64,000 nucleotides of DNA from the human T2T-CHM13v2.0 reference genome, Homo sapiens, in assembly GCF_009914755.1 (NCBI RefSeq), contig NC_060940.1; one strand, given 5' to 3'. Below the pieces are notes generated by a model. The model was given only the letters and a program-made list of their open reading frames with translations. It was not told the DNA's origin and made no database searches. The first letter of the stretch is position 1, and every line of letters begins with the position of its first letter. A program made the translations under genes and the position numbers. This document shows, piece after piece, positions 12,031 to 24,169 of this stretch.

Positions 12031-13000
12031 AACTGAAACCCAAGAGCCATGGAGGTTCCATGGAATTTTTTTTTTAAACAACGATCCTTTCCCTAGTTTT
12101 TATTTTTTTTCCCCAAAAACTTAAAGTGAACTTTTTCTCAAAATCTAAATACATACAGAAAAGCGCCTAGACTGCCAGTGTCCAGAACGAACCCACAGAT
12201 CAGGAGGGCTGAGGCCTGTTCTCCTGTCCCCACCCTCTGCCCCTGAGGTGAGGGGCGTGGTGCCCCGCCCTGCAGCCAGCGTTTCCCCTCCTCAGGTGGA
12301 TCTAGTAGCCCGCCGGCACAGTGCCCAGTCCCAGGTGTTGGCCCGGTCGACTTGGGGTGGTGGAGTTCTCAGGGTGTGGGCAGTGGTTGGCTAGTCCATC
12401 TGGGGGTCTGGGGTTGGGTCACGCCTCAGGGGCAGCAGCCCTCAGCCTCATTCCCCACCTGGGCCAGATCCTGGTGGGTGGGAGCGTGATGAGGTGGGGG
12501 CCTTGCCTTGGGCAGTTCGGGGGTTGCTGGGGAGAATGTGAACGTGCCTCTGGGCCGCTCTGGGGCGTGGCCGATCTGGCTAGACGGAGTGTCTGTTGTG
12601 GAGCTGCCCTATCCAGTTGTGCAGGTTGCACACAAGCCCAGGAAACCACATTAAAGAGGCCCAGATACCGTTCTGCAGGAAGCAACGGACTTGCCCTCGG
12701 GACAGGGCAGCTGCCCCACCCCAAGGGAGCACCTTTGGGAGAGCAAAGTTCTGTTTCCACATCGGGATGCCTGTGGGGCCTCTGCCTCCTGGTCACGCCA
12801 CTAAGGCCACTTTGGCTGCCTGAGGCCTCTGGGCACCCCCTGTGAGCAGCAGTTTTCTTTGGTGAATGTGCGCGTGCCCACTCCGGACACAGTGAAGGGG
12901 AGATGAGGCTGCTTCTGCCCCCGGAACCAAGGCCAGGTCTGAACAGAAGTCGGGCAGGATGCCGGGAGCTGATGGGCTGGGGTCCTCCTTCTGGAAAGGG

Positions 13001-13448
13001 CATCTACCTGCTTCTACCACGCATTCTACCTGCTTCTACCACGCTTCCTATGCATGCATTCTACCTGCTTCTACCATGCTTCCTATGCATGCATTCTACC
13101 ATGCTTCTACCATGCTTTCTATGCATGCATTCTGCCTGCTTCTACCACGCATTCTACCTGCTTCTACCACGCATTCTACCTGCTTCTACCACGCTTCCTA
13201 TGCATGCATTCTACCTGCTTCTCCCACGCTTTCTATGCATGCATTCTACCTGCTTCTACCACGCTTCCTATGCATGCATTCTACCTGCTTCTACCACGCT
13301 TCCTATGCATGCATTCTACCTGCTTCTACCACGCTTCCTATGCATGCATTCTACCTGCTTCTACCACGCTTCCTATGCATGCATTCTACCTGCTTCTACC
13401 ACGCATTCTACCTGCTTCTACCACGCATTCTACTTGCTTCTACCATGC
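13001..13448. repeat. Compound VNTR of 22-bp (gcattctacctgcttctaccac) and 35-bp (22-mer + gcttcctatgcat) units
   Basis: Read directly; 35-bp periodicity clear from 13200 to 13385. Confidence 0.97.
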
Positions 13449-14747
13449 CCCGGGCTGTAGGTGCCTCCCAAGTGGGGCTTTTGCAAACAGAAGGTGCACA
13501 ATTGTACCACACCTCCTCAGATGGCAGCATCTGTCCCCGTGGGCCCAAGTGCAAGCTGGCACAGCTGCTGTGACACGGGGTCTGGGTGCCTGAACGCACG
13601 GTGCTGCTGGTGGGTGGACATGTGCCTGCTCCTGCTGGAACCTGCCCCCAGTGGACACTGCTGTGATACCATAGAATCCAGGGCCACCTCTGCGGCCTGC
13701 CTTGTTGGGGACCTTGGCCTGTGCTGGACACCAGTTGGGTGCTGTGTGTGCCTCTTGGGGGCGGAGATCTGCCCTGGGCCTGTGTCAGGGAAGGGGGCTT
13801 GGGGAGGGTGAGCCGGACACTGAGCTGTGTACAAGTCCACAACCGTGTGAGCGGCACGAGGTCTCCCCGCTGCAGGCTGCAGGCCAGCCGGAGTCGGGGG
13901 TGTGAGTGTGCAGCCGTGCACCCCCTGGGCCTCGTCAGGCTGGGCAGGGCTCTTGACCCCCAGGCAGCAGAGCTTCTGGAGCCCCAGGCCCAGGCCTCAC
14001 TGGCAGCCCCAGCCTCTGGGGAGCTGCTCTGGTCTCGGTCACGGGGGCTTGATCCCCACAACAAGGGGGGGGGTGGGGGCTCCGGAAGCGAGGCTGGTGC
14101 CTGGTTGGGGACAGGAGGACTCTTGCAGCAGGTGCCTTTGGACACCCCCTACCCCTGCCACCACACACACTTGGTCCCCTTCTGACCTGGGCGGGAGGGA
14201 GACAACAGAGGGGAGCCCTGGTCTGAGAAGGCAGTTTTGCTCCATGAAGGAGGAAGCCCCTTCCCTTAGGGCCTGGGAACACTCCTCCCCGTCCTCCCCG
14301 GTCCAAACCCCTGCCGCACCTGCAGATGGGCCGGGGCGGCCCTGCCCGTCCATGCCCCCTGTCCTTGGGGTATCCTCTTGGCTGTAGCCACCAGTCACCC
14401 AGGCCCAAAGCCCTCCTGCCTGCCCTGCACCCTCCCCCTGCTACCCGCGGGGCTGCAGCCACCCATTCTCCCATCCCTGCTGCGTTTTGGGGGCTGAGGG
14501 GTTCTTTCTGAGGCGACGGGCGAGTTCCGGGGTAGGTCGTGGTGGTGGTTGTAAACAGCGAACCTAGGCAAACCTCCTGATGTGTACCCTTAAAGATGGT
14601 GAATTATATCTCATTTTCTGAAATTTAAAAATAAATGGATCTTTTAAAGAAACTCCCCCAGGGTCACCGTGGGTCACCCTGAATGGCTGCCATTTGGGCT
14701 TCCTCAGCCACCACCGCACTGCATCCCTGCTTGGCTGGGCCCCGTAG

Positions 14748-15056
<309 letters not shown>

Positions 15057-15723
15057 AGTGCTGACCGCTTCTTGTGTTTGTTCCCTGCTGCACTGCAGCC
15101 CCATGTCTGCCCTGCTTGATGGGAGCCCCCGGAGGGGGCGCCTTTTCCTGTGACCCCCCAAGCACATGGGGGCTCCCCGGGAAGACTCAGAGGCTTGGGG
15201 TCTCTGCTGCTTACACGTGGAGCTGCCTCTCGGTGGGGCAGGGTGTGTGGCCCAGCTGGCCTGTGTGTCCTGGGATGTCCACAGGCCCTTGGTTCATGAC
15301 ACCTCCTAGAAACACGTGTGTTCTCTAACTCTGGGGCTCCATGTCTGTCCCGGAAGGTGCTACCTTCGTCTCTCACTCAGGGACGTCAGGCACTGGTCCT
15401 GCCCGCCCTGCCCAGGCTCCTCCTGTCTGGTGGTGGTGGGCGGCCCTGGGCACCAGAGCATCTGTGCTTTGTGCCACGTGAGCAGGGCCCGTGGGGCAAA
15501 GGGATAGGGAGTGCCCGGGGTAGACTGAGCTGCTGACCCGATCGGGCCTCAGGAGAGGTGTCTCCTGCCTGCCTGTCTTGGGTGGGGGCCCATGAGGCTG
15601 GTAGACCTGGAGGTCTGGGGCCTCACTTGGAGCAGGCGGGCAGCTGGAGCCCAGGTCCCCAGCTGGCACTGCACGTGGCTGTCACTGCGGCTCCCACTCA
15701 GGCCACCGTCTTCTCCTCCACAG

Positions 15724-15923
15724 GGTCCTCACTGAGCAGCGAGTCGTCCCCCGTGTCCTCTCCGGCCACCAACCACAGCTCCCCCGCCAGCACACCCAAG
15801 CGCGTGCCCATGGGCCCTATCATCGTCCCCCCTGGGGGCCACAGCGTGCCCAGCACCCCCCCCGTGGTGACCATCGCTCCAACCAAAACCGTGAATGGTG
15901 TCTGGAGGAGTGAGAGCCGGCAG
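15724..15923 (+). CDS. GSE1: GSE1 exon 3 (200 nt): [10 protein letters not shown]...VWRSESRQ; contains an internal Met (VPMGP) usable as a downstream start
   Basis: ccacag|GG acceptor, CAG|gtgagt donor, in frame with exon 2. Confidence 0.97.
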
Positions 15924-16114
15924 GTGAGTGGGGCGGGGCAGGGAGCCTAGCGTCCTCTAAGTGGGGAGGCTGGATTCAGGCATCCATTGGGGGCTCTGGA
16001 GCTTTCGAGGTTGAGTTTACATTCCAGACACCCCCTCCCCCACCCTGAGTTTCCGTCTCCTTCTCTGCAACGTGAGGGTGACAGCGGCACCCTCCTGGAG
16101 GCCCTGTGCGGGTG

Positions 16115-16480
16115 AGTACATCGGCCCACGCATCAGTCTGTCAGAAGAAACCACCCGCTGGGGGTGTCCCGTTATTTTCTCCTGTTCTGGAGGCCACAAG
16201 TTCACAATCCGGGGGCCGGCAGGGCTGGTTTCCCCAGAGGCCTCTCCTGGGTTGCCGGTGGCTGCCTTCTCCCTGGGTCGTCTGTGGTGTCTCCATGTCT
16301 GGGTCCTGATCTCCTCTTCTCATAAGGACACCAGTCAGCTGGTTTAGCGCCCACCCTAATGTCCTTATTCTCATTCGGTCACCTCTTTAAAGACCGTGTC
16401 TCCAAATGCAGTTCCGTTCTGAGGCCCTGGGCATCAGGGCTCTAACACGGATTTGGGCGGGGGTGGCAGTCCAGTTCAAG
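16115..16480 (-). mobile_element. MaLR LTR (MLT1-type) remnant
   Basis: gttctggaggc...cagggctggtt...tcttctcataaggacaccagtca...tctccaaatgcagt pattern. Confidence 0.7.
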
Positions 16481-19282
16481 CTGTGAAAGTGGTGTTTGCA
16501 CGCTGAGCACCCGGCACACTAGCTGTGACTGTCATAGTCTGTGAACTGAACAAAGAATTGAGGTAGGAAAGATCCCAGCCCAGACGCTATCAGAACAAGA
16601 CATCTGGTGGGTTTTGTGTTTCTGTCTTACTTTTGGGGCTCCCAGCGGAGGCCCCTCCCCAAGTTTTCGGGGCTCCTTATGTCTGTGGGCCCCTCGCTCT
16701 GCACTGACTGGGGCCTGCCTGTGTGGAAGGAGCTGGCACTGGGAGCTGCTCTTCTGCCGCTGCCTGGGGCCTGTGTGCCCTCAGGTGGGTACCTGCAGCT
16801 CTCCCGGCCCCCCCACCCCTGGCGCGCAGCCTGGAGTGGGCCCTTCCTAATTAAGAGCGATTCTCAGGGGCTGCTGTCACCTGGACTTTTCTGCTGAGTT
16901 CCCAGAGGGACAGCCCCACTTGGAAATACTAATTAAACCACAAAGAAGGTGGGGAGGAGGGGAGAGTCACTCTTGCCTGAAGCTCCCTCTCCCCCAGGGG
17001 AGGACATGGGTATTGGAGCCACCTGCTCATCATCAGGGCCTGTCTGCCCTCTATCCCCAGAGGTGTGGGAAGGGAGCCAGCCTCAGTCCACAGGTGACAG
17101 CCCCCGGGCAGGCCCTGATCCAGGGTCCCAGTGGGAATCCCTGGGAGCTCCGGACTGGGACCCCCGGGGCCTGACGTTGCCTCTGCTTCCTTTCACGCCT
17201 TCCCTGGCTGAGGGGACAAACCTGCCCAGGGTCCTCACCTTGCTGGACCTCCTCTGCCCCTGAAGCCTCTCGTAGTTTGACTAATCCTCATGTGAGGTCT
17301 GGAGACCGAGGGGCAGGGCGTGGCCTGGAGGGTGGACCCTGGCCACAGGGGCCTCCACACCCCACAGGGCTTGGAGCAGCCCAAGGCGGCCCTCGTCCTG
17401 GTTTGAGGGAGGCTGAGGGAGTTGTTACCAGCTCCGCTGCCTCCAGAGGCCGCCCCCCAGGGCCAGCCTTGACCCCATGGGCCCTGAATCACCCGACTCA
17501 AACAGCTGAGGCTCCTTGCGCCCCACTGGTGGGGCCTGGCTGCTGGTGCCAGCGCCCGCAGCTCATGGGAGGCCACTTCCCTGCCCCAGCCTGGACCAGG
17601 AGCTTCTACCAGCCAGGACCCTGCACCCAGCCACTGCCTTGACCCCGACCAGAGCTCCTGGCCTAGACCCAGGACGCCTCGAGGGGATTCCAGCGCCTTT
17701 TCCGGCGACTCCTCCGCTCTGAGCTGGTCCCTCCTCGGAGGGTCCTTACCGCCTCGGGAACATTGAGCTACCCCAGAGCAGAGCAGGGGCGCGACAGGCC
17801 CGCCCCAGCAGTGTACCACCGCGGCGCTTAATGGAACACGGTGCCGCCAGGGAAGGCGCGGGGCCGGCAGCTGGATTAGCAGGTGATGTACGGCTCCTCG
17901 CTCGGGCACAGAGGCTCAGCGGGGCATTTAATCCTCTCGGAGTGGGGAGGCGGAGAGAGGATTCCCCTCCCACCCGGCCCAAAGCTGTGGCCATGAGTCT
18001 CCGAGGCTGCGGACGTGGGTGGCAGTTGCCGGGCCGGAGGCTTCTCGGCCCCTTCTCGGGGTCACCCCTCTCTCCCAGGTGTAGTGGGAGCTGCGAGAGG
18101 AGAAATGAGATGAAAAAGCCTGTTTTAAAGCTAACAGGGCATGTCCCGCCTGTCTGACTATGGAACCCTTGCTCTAATCACCGGAGAATGACGGATTTGC
18201 TCCTCCCCCTCCCCCTCCGCCCCTCCTCCCCCTCCCCCTCCGCCCCTCCTCCCCCTCCCCCTCCGCCTTCTTTCTTTCATCGTTGCAGCTGCGGCTGCAG
18301 CCGCTGCTCAGAAATGAAAAGCTGCCCACAGATGCGCCCTGATGCGTCTGTCTGTGGAGACGGCAGTGAGACCCCGGCTGCCGCTATCGGGGTGCCTTTG
18401 GGGTAGCTGCCGAGCCTGCCGGGCCTTGCCTGGATGGGGGGCAGCCCTGTGCCTCACTCCAGGCCCCGCTGACCTAGTTCCCAGGTGTCTGTGCCAGGGT
18501 TGGCCGGGCGCCAGCCAGACGGAAGCCACAGACATGTGGGTCTGGCTCGCCGGGCCCCTGCCCCGCCTGCTGGCTGCCCCCCAGCCCCCCGGACTCCCTG
18601 TTTGTCCTCAGCCAGGCCAGGAAGGTGCCATCTGGCCTGCGAGCAGGGCTTTGTCCTCGGCTGAGGGGAGAAGGGGTTCAAGGGCCGTGTCTGGGCTGGG
18701 GACAGGCCCCTCCTTGTGGCGGGGCGGCTGGGGCCCTGTGCTTTGCCGTTTGACCCGGCCCACGGCGCGGGCAGCATGCGGAGGAGGGCGGCAGGCCTGG
18801 GCTGTTGGTAGTTTGACCCTGGGTGCTGTCCTCAGGTCGAGGTCTGTCCTCCAGCCCTCTTCTGACTCTGGCCACCCAAGGCTGGGTGATGATTGAAGCC
18901 CCTGGCTGTCGTCTCCCTCCTGCCCTGGAGGCCTCCCCACCAGCCTGGGAGGGGGAGTCCAGGTACCCCGGGTGCCTGAGCAGGCGAGGCCCCTGTTCTG
19001 GGCATCCAGAGACCCACTAGCTTTAGGCCTGGTGTTCATTGGGGTGCTACTTGGATGCTGGGGGGCCAGGGGCCACTCCGTCTTGTTAAGTCCATCCCAG
19101 ACCCTAGGAACAGGGTGTGTCCTTCCTCGTGCTCCGTTCCTCAGATGTTTGGCCCTATGCCAGGCAGGGTAGGGGCGTGAGGCAGGATCTAGAAGCCCAG
19201 CCTGGAAATAGCCTCACGGGGCTGGGGTAGGCAGGCCAGCCTGGCAACACACCTGCCATGTCCGGGCCCCCACCCTGCTGGT

Positions 19283-19387
19283 GCGTCCCCCACATGCCCG
19301 TGCACAGCTGTGCCATCAACTCTGCTGCCCTGTGAGTCCCCCGCATGCCCGTTCATAGCCGTGCCATCAACTCTGCTGTCCTCTGAG
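19283..19387. repeat. Diverged tandem duplication, 2 x ~51 bp (catgcccgt...gtgccatcaactctgctg)
   Basis: catgcccg at 19293 and 19344; gtgccatcaactctgctg shared. Confidence 0.8.
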
Positions 19388-19718
19388 CAGGTGCCGTGAC
19401 GGGCACATGCCATTGATGTGTGCACGAGGCACGACAGGATGGCCAGGTCTCCCAAGGTCAGGTTGGCCCCTCGGCCACTCCCCCACTACCCCGGTTGCTG
19501 ACACCGGCTGGAGACCCCAAGGCCAGGCGCTGGCTCCTCAATAGGAAGTTCCCGGCCCCACGCAGGGCGTCAGTGCCCATGTGTACCTCCCACCCTCGAG
19601 ACCAGCACCCTGGAGAGGCAGGTCAGAAGTCGTGAACCCAGGAGGACCCTACAGAGAAGGGGGGCCGGGGCTCAGCCCGCGGGAAGGGAGCAGATGCTGC
19701 CTCTCATTGAAGATTCCA

Positions 19719-19739
19719 GGCGGCGGCGGCGGCGGCGGC
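19719..19739. repeat. (GGC)7 trinucleotide repeat
   Basis: Read directly. Confidence 0.95.
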
Positions 19740-20360
19740 TCCTCCAGTTAATCCTCGCTGACTGTCTCCTGGAGGGTGGAGAGAGGGGAGGCGCCGGCCC
19801 GGGCTGCCTGCACTGCCTCTGCGCGGGTGCCATGTGCTGCTGCCGGGTCACCGTCTGCCGCTATGAAGATGGATGGGCCCAGGAAGAGGGGCTGGCGGGT
19901 CAGGGACACAGGCACGGCCCCTGGGAGACAGATGCTTCTCCACGGTGGGGCAGGTCTCAGAGCCCCTGGGCCATCATTCCTGCTGATCTTGTGGGGAGAC
20001 GGCCATGGCCTCCTTGTTTTTTGGGTGTTTGGCATTTCGTGGCTCAGGGAGGCAGAGCGGGGCTGGTGCTCTTCAGGAGCACTGCCCGCTGATCAGCAGT
20101 CGTTACCTGACATGGCCAGATGGAACGTGAGGAAGGGCCGGGTTCCCGTGGCTCTGCATCCCTGGGAAGCTCAGAGGGGCCAGCGTGGCCATGGCTCTCA
20201 GACACCCCCAGGTCAGGGTAGGCCTGGGCAGTGCTGTCCCCACATGGGGAAGATGCTGGGGCTGAGAACGGCTGCCCCAGTGACAGAGTGACGCCTGGGT
20301 TGGCAGCCATCCAGAGTCCAGAGCACAGCCCCCATCTGGGCCGCCCTGAGGCTCCCTCCG

Positions 20361-20830
20361 CCCCCCTCCTCCCCCCTCCCCCTCCCCCCTCCTCCTCCCC
20401 CCTCCCACTCCTCCCCACTCCTCCCCCCTCCTCCCCCCTCCTCCCCCCTCCTCCCCCCCCTCCCCCCCCTCCTCCCCCCTCCTCCCCCCTCCTCCCCCCT
20501 CCTCCTCCCCCCTCCTCCTCCCCCCCCTCCTCCCCCCCTCCTCCTCCTCCTCCTCCTCCTCCTCCTCCTCCTCCCCCCTCCTCCTCCTCCCCCCTCCTCC
20601 TCCTCCTCCTCCCCCCTCCTCCTCCTCCTCCCCCCTCCTCCTCCTCCCCCCTCCTCCTCCTCCTCCCCCCTCCTCCTCCTCCTCCCCCCTCCTCCTCCTC
20701 CTCCTCCCTCCTCCTCCTCCTCCTCCTCCTCCCCCCTCCTCCTCCTCCTCCTCCTACCCCCTCCTCCTCCTCCTCCTCCTACCCCCTCCTCCTCCTCCTC
20801 CTCCTCCTACCCCCTCCTCCTCCTCCTCCC
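20361..20830. repeat. ~470-bp (CCT)n/C-run homopyrimidine tract
   Basis: No G and only a handful of A on the + strand. Confidence 0.97.
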
Positions 20831-21781
20831 ACTTAGTCACACGAATAACAGGAACAAGCAAGGCCTTTTCATGCTCTGGTTTCTCCGGGCTGGACCCTGC
20901 GTGTGTGCGGGGCAGCCTCTGCGTGGCTAGGGGTGGCACGGCCTATCCTTGAACTTGGCAGGGACCTCAGCCCGGAAGGTGGGCTTTGGGCCACTGCCTC
21001 CTCCTGCTTTGTGCCTGGAGAAGACCCCTCATCTGAGTCCTCTGGACCACCTTCCCAGCTACACCCAGGTCCACTGTGTCCAGGAGCCTGGGACAGGCGA
21101 GCTGTTGCCTTCCCTGCCCCACCGTGTGTGTGAAGGCCGGTACCCCAGCTGGCCAGTCAGGGCCCAGCTGCTGCCTGTTCTGGTGGGCTCCAGGGCCAGG
21201 GCCACCCCAGGAGGTGGTTGGGGGCAGACCAGCACCTTCGGCCCAGGGGCAGTGCCAGCTTCCTTTGCCCCTGCCCTCCACGTGGGCACCAGGGCCAGGA
21301 CATCTGCGGCCAGGTGGGCAGCTGTCGGCGCAGTTGACGTCTTGGCTACATCGTGGCACTCGCTTCACGGCGTGCTGGGTGCCAACGGTGTCTGCTTCCC
21401 CGGGTGTGTGTCTGGTGTGACCTTCGGATGTCCACACCAGGAGGGGTGGAGGCAGGAGCCCCTGCCACCCTGCATCCTTCACCTGCACACATTGTGTTTC
21501 TGGGGGGTTCTAGTTCTTTTGCTGGACTGAGGAGGCCCAGGGAGGGAGACGGATCCCGAGACGCACTTCACCCCAGACCTGTCGCAGCCACATCCCCTTT
21601 CTTACGGTTCTGCTTCCCACACCACATGCACCATGTTTTGCGTAGAAAGCCTTAGGGAAAGGATGTTTCTAGAACATGAACTAAATCTAGCGCCTTCCCG
21701 TGAGTCAGGAGACCTGGCTGTGTCCTGTGGTCAGTGGCCTATACCAGGCTCCTGCCCTGACTGGACGCTCTCCTCCCGCAG

Positions 21782-21954
21782 GATGCCGGCTCCAGGAGCA
21801 GCAGTGGAGGTCGGGAACGCCTCATTGTGGAGCCCCCGCTCCCTCAGGAGAAGGCAGGGGGACCAGCCATCCCCTCGCACCTGCTCAGCACCCCCTACCC
21901 CTTCGGCCTCTCCCCCAGCTCAGTTGTGCAGGATTCCCGCTTCCCGCCACTCAA
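21782..21954 (+). CDS. GSE1: GSE1 exon 4 (173 nt): [10 protein letters not shown]...DSRFPPL(N)
   Basis: ccgcag|GAT acceptor, AA|gtaagt donor, phase consistent. Confidence 0.96.
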
Positions 21955-22297
21955 GTAAGTTGGTCGGCGGGGACTTCGGTGAGGTGGCCAGGTGGGGACA
22001 CAGTGCTCAGGGTCTGGGTCCCCAGGCAGCCTGCGGTCTGCACAGATGAGGCTGTGCCTGCTAGATGGTTGTCGGCCGCTGAGCCCTGGGGATTGCAGCC
22101 CTGTCTGTGCCCCTTCACACTGAGGTGGCAGTGGCAGCTCGCTCCCCCCGCTGCTTAAGCCCCGTCCTCGTTCGGGGTGCCAGGAGTCTGGGTGCCGACT
22201 GAGCGCCAGGGGTGATGCAGGGAGTTTAGCCGTCCCCCCATGCAGGAGCAGGTGTGCACTCACCTGTCCCCACCTTGCCCACTATCCCCGCCTGCAG

Positions 22298-22495
22298 CCT
22301 CCAGCGGCCCGTGCACCACGTGGTGCCCCCCAGTACCGTGACCGAGGACTACCTGAGAAGCTTCCGGCCCTACCACACCACCGACGACCTCCGCATGTCC
22401 TCACTGCCTCCCCTCGGCCTGGACCCGGCCACTGCTGCAGCCTACTACCACCCCAGCTACCTGGCCCCACACCCCTTCCCCCACCCGGCCTTCAG
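22298..22495 (+). CDS. GSE1: GSE1 exon 5 (198 nt): LQRPVHH...HPFPHPAF(R)
   Basis: ctgcag|C acceptor, AG|gtgagg donor. Confidence 0.96.
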
Positions 22496-23229
22496 GTGAG
22501 GCATCCCCCACGCGCCCTCTCGTCTAGGTGCTGGCCTGTTCCTGGCAAGATGGAACCTGGCGGGGAAGGTGTTTCTTATGACCTGAGAGCCAGGCTCCTA
22601 GGGGAGGGTCTAGAGTAGCCCCTGAAATCGTCCCCAGCTTTGAGCCTAAATTCAGCCCTGATGGCCCATTAGGGGTCCCCTCCTGGTAGACAGTCCCCCT
22701 TGGTGACTGTACTGTCATCCTTGGCTCCTCCCCTTCTCACCGGGGGGTCCATTGACAGCAAGTCACTGTTAAGAGAGCAGGGCTTTGCCCGTGGGAGAGG
22801 CGATGCTTTGCTGTGTAGCAGGAGACCTCGGTGGCACTGTGGTCTGGCCTGGGTCCGTGGAGAAGCTCTGCCCATCCTTGTCAGAGGTCAGAGGGGCCTG
22901 TAGTCATGTCATGGACCACCCCACGTCAGGGCAGCCCAGCCTGCTCGCCAGCCTTGGAAGGGCCTGGGCGCTTGACCACTCTGTGCTGGTCTGGCTGAGC
23001 CGAGGGAGGTGGCAGGCGGCGCCCTGGAACCCCAAGCTGTCGGCACCTAGCAGCCTCCGGCATCAAGGGGCTTTGGGGCTAGCAGCAGGCATGGTCTTCA
23101 TCCCCAGCCATTTTGTCACGTTCCCCACGCTCAGGCAGGTGTGTGTACCTGGCTGAGACACACCTGTCGACAGGGCTGGGTCTTCCCCTTGGTTCATTTG
23201 CTGCTCACAGCCCCGTCTTCTCTGCACAG

Positions 23230-23421
23230 GATGGACGACTCCTACTGCCTGTCTGCCCTGAGGTCCCCGTTCTACCCCATCCCCACCCCCGGCTCCCTGC
23301 CCCCACTGCACCCATCAGCGATGCACCTGCACCTCTCTGGGGTCCGCTACCCTCCCGAGCTCTCCCACTCATCCCTGGCAGCGCTGCACTCGGAGCGCAT
23401 GTCTGGCCTCAGCGCGGAGAG
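23230..23421 (+). CDS. GSE1: GSE1 exon 6 (192 nt): MDDSYCLS...MSGLSAE(R)
   Basis: gcacag|G acceptor, AG|gtaagt donor. Confidence 0.96.
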
Positions 23422-23846
23422 GTAAGTGCGTCTCGAGCCGAGGAGCCCCTCTGCCCTCCCTGTCCCTTGATGGCAGCTGGGCAGAAAGCCTGGGCTGGAA
23501 CCTGACTGGACTCCTTGGCCATGCCTGTCCTCACAGTTTGTCCACCTGCCAAATGGGACAATGATCGTTCAGGCTCTGCTCTGAAATAGCGCCTGTCTCG
23601 GTAGCCGTGGTCTCCTGCAGTAAACCTGCAGGCCGAGGAGCTCTCGGGCGTGCTTGGGCATTTTGTAAGCCGCTTTGATTGTATGGACCTTAAGTTCTTC
23701 CTGCACCAGTGAAACCCGGCTCACCTCCCGTCACTGTTCGGATTAGCGCCCTGGCTCGTTCCTGGTTATGCTTTTTAAGGGCCTGCCCCAGGTCCGTCTC
23801 TTGTTCCTGGTGCAGCAGAGCCCCCAACTCTTTCCATGTGCTGCAG

Positions 23847-24169
23847 GCTGCAGATGGACGAGGAGCTAAGGCGGGAGAGGGAGCGCGAGCGCGAGCGCGA
23901 GCGTGAGCGTGAGGCTGACCGCGAGCGGGAGAAGGAACGTGAGCGCGAACGCGAGAAGGAGCGCGAGCAAGAGAAGGAGCGTGAGCGTGAGAAGGAGCGC
24001 GAGCGCGAGCTGGAGCGCCAGCGGGAGCAGCGGGCCCGGGAGAAGGAGCTGCTGGCCGCCAAGGCCCTGGAGCCCAGCTTCCTGCCCGTGGCCGAGCTGC
24101 ATGGGCTGCGTGGCCATGCCACTGAGGAGCGGGGCAAGCCCTCGGAGCAGCTGACCCCAACCCGAGCAG
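23847..24169 (+). CDS. GSE1: GSE1 exon 7 (323 nt), Arg-Glu dipeptide-rich charged tract
   Basis: ctgcag|G acceptor, CAG|gtacct donor; [14 protein letters not shown]...LTPTRA. Confidence 0.96.

Noticed and set aside
12903-13593. Three overlapping repetitive ORFs across the VNTR; also a superficial CRISPR-like look
   Set aside because: Open only because the repeat lacks stops on the + strand; there are no unique spacers or cas genes, and the DNA is human
18130-18160. Full p53 response element
   Set aside because: Only one consensus half site; the adjacent decamers lack the CWWG core in register
20231-20836. Poly-Pro/Ser/Leu ORF (formin/extensin-like)
   Set aside because: Direct translation of the CCT tract; no exon context
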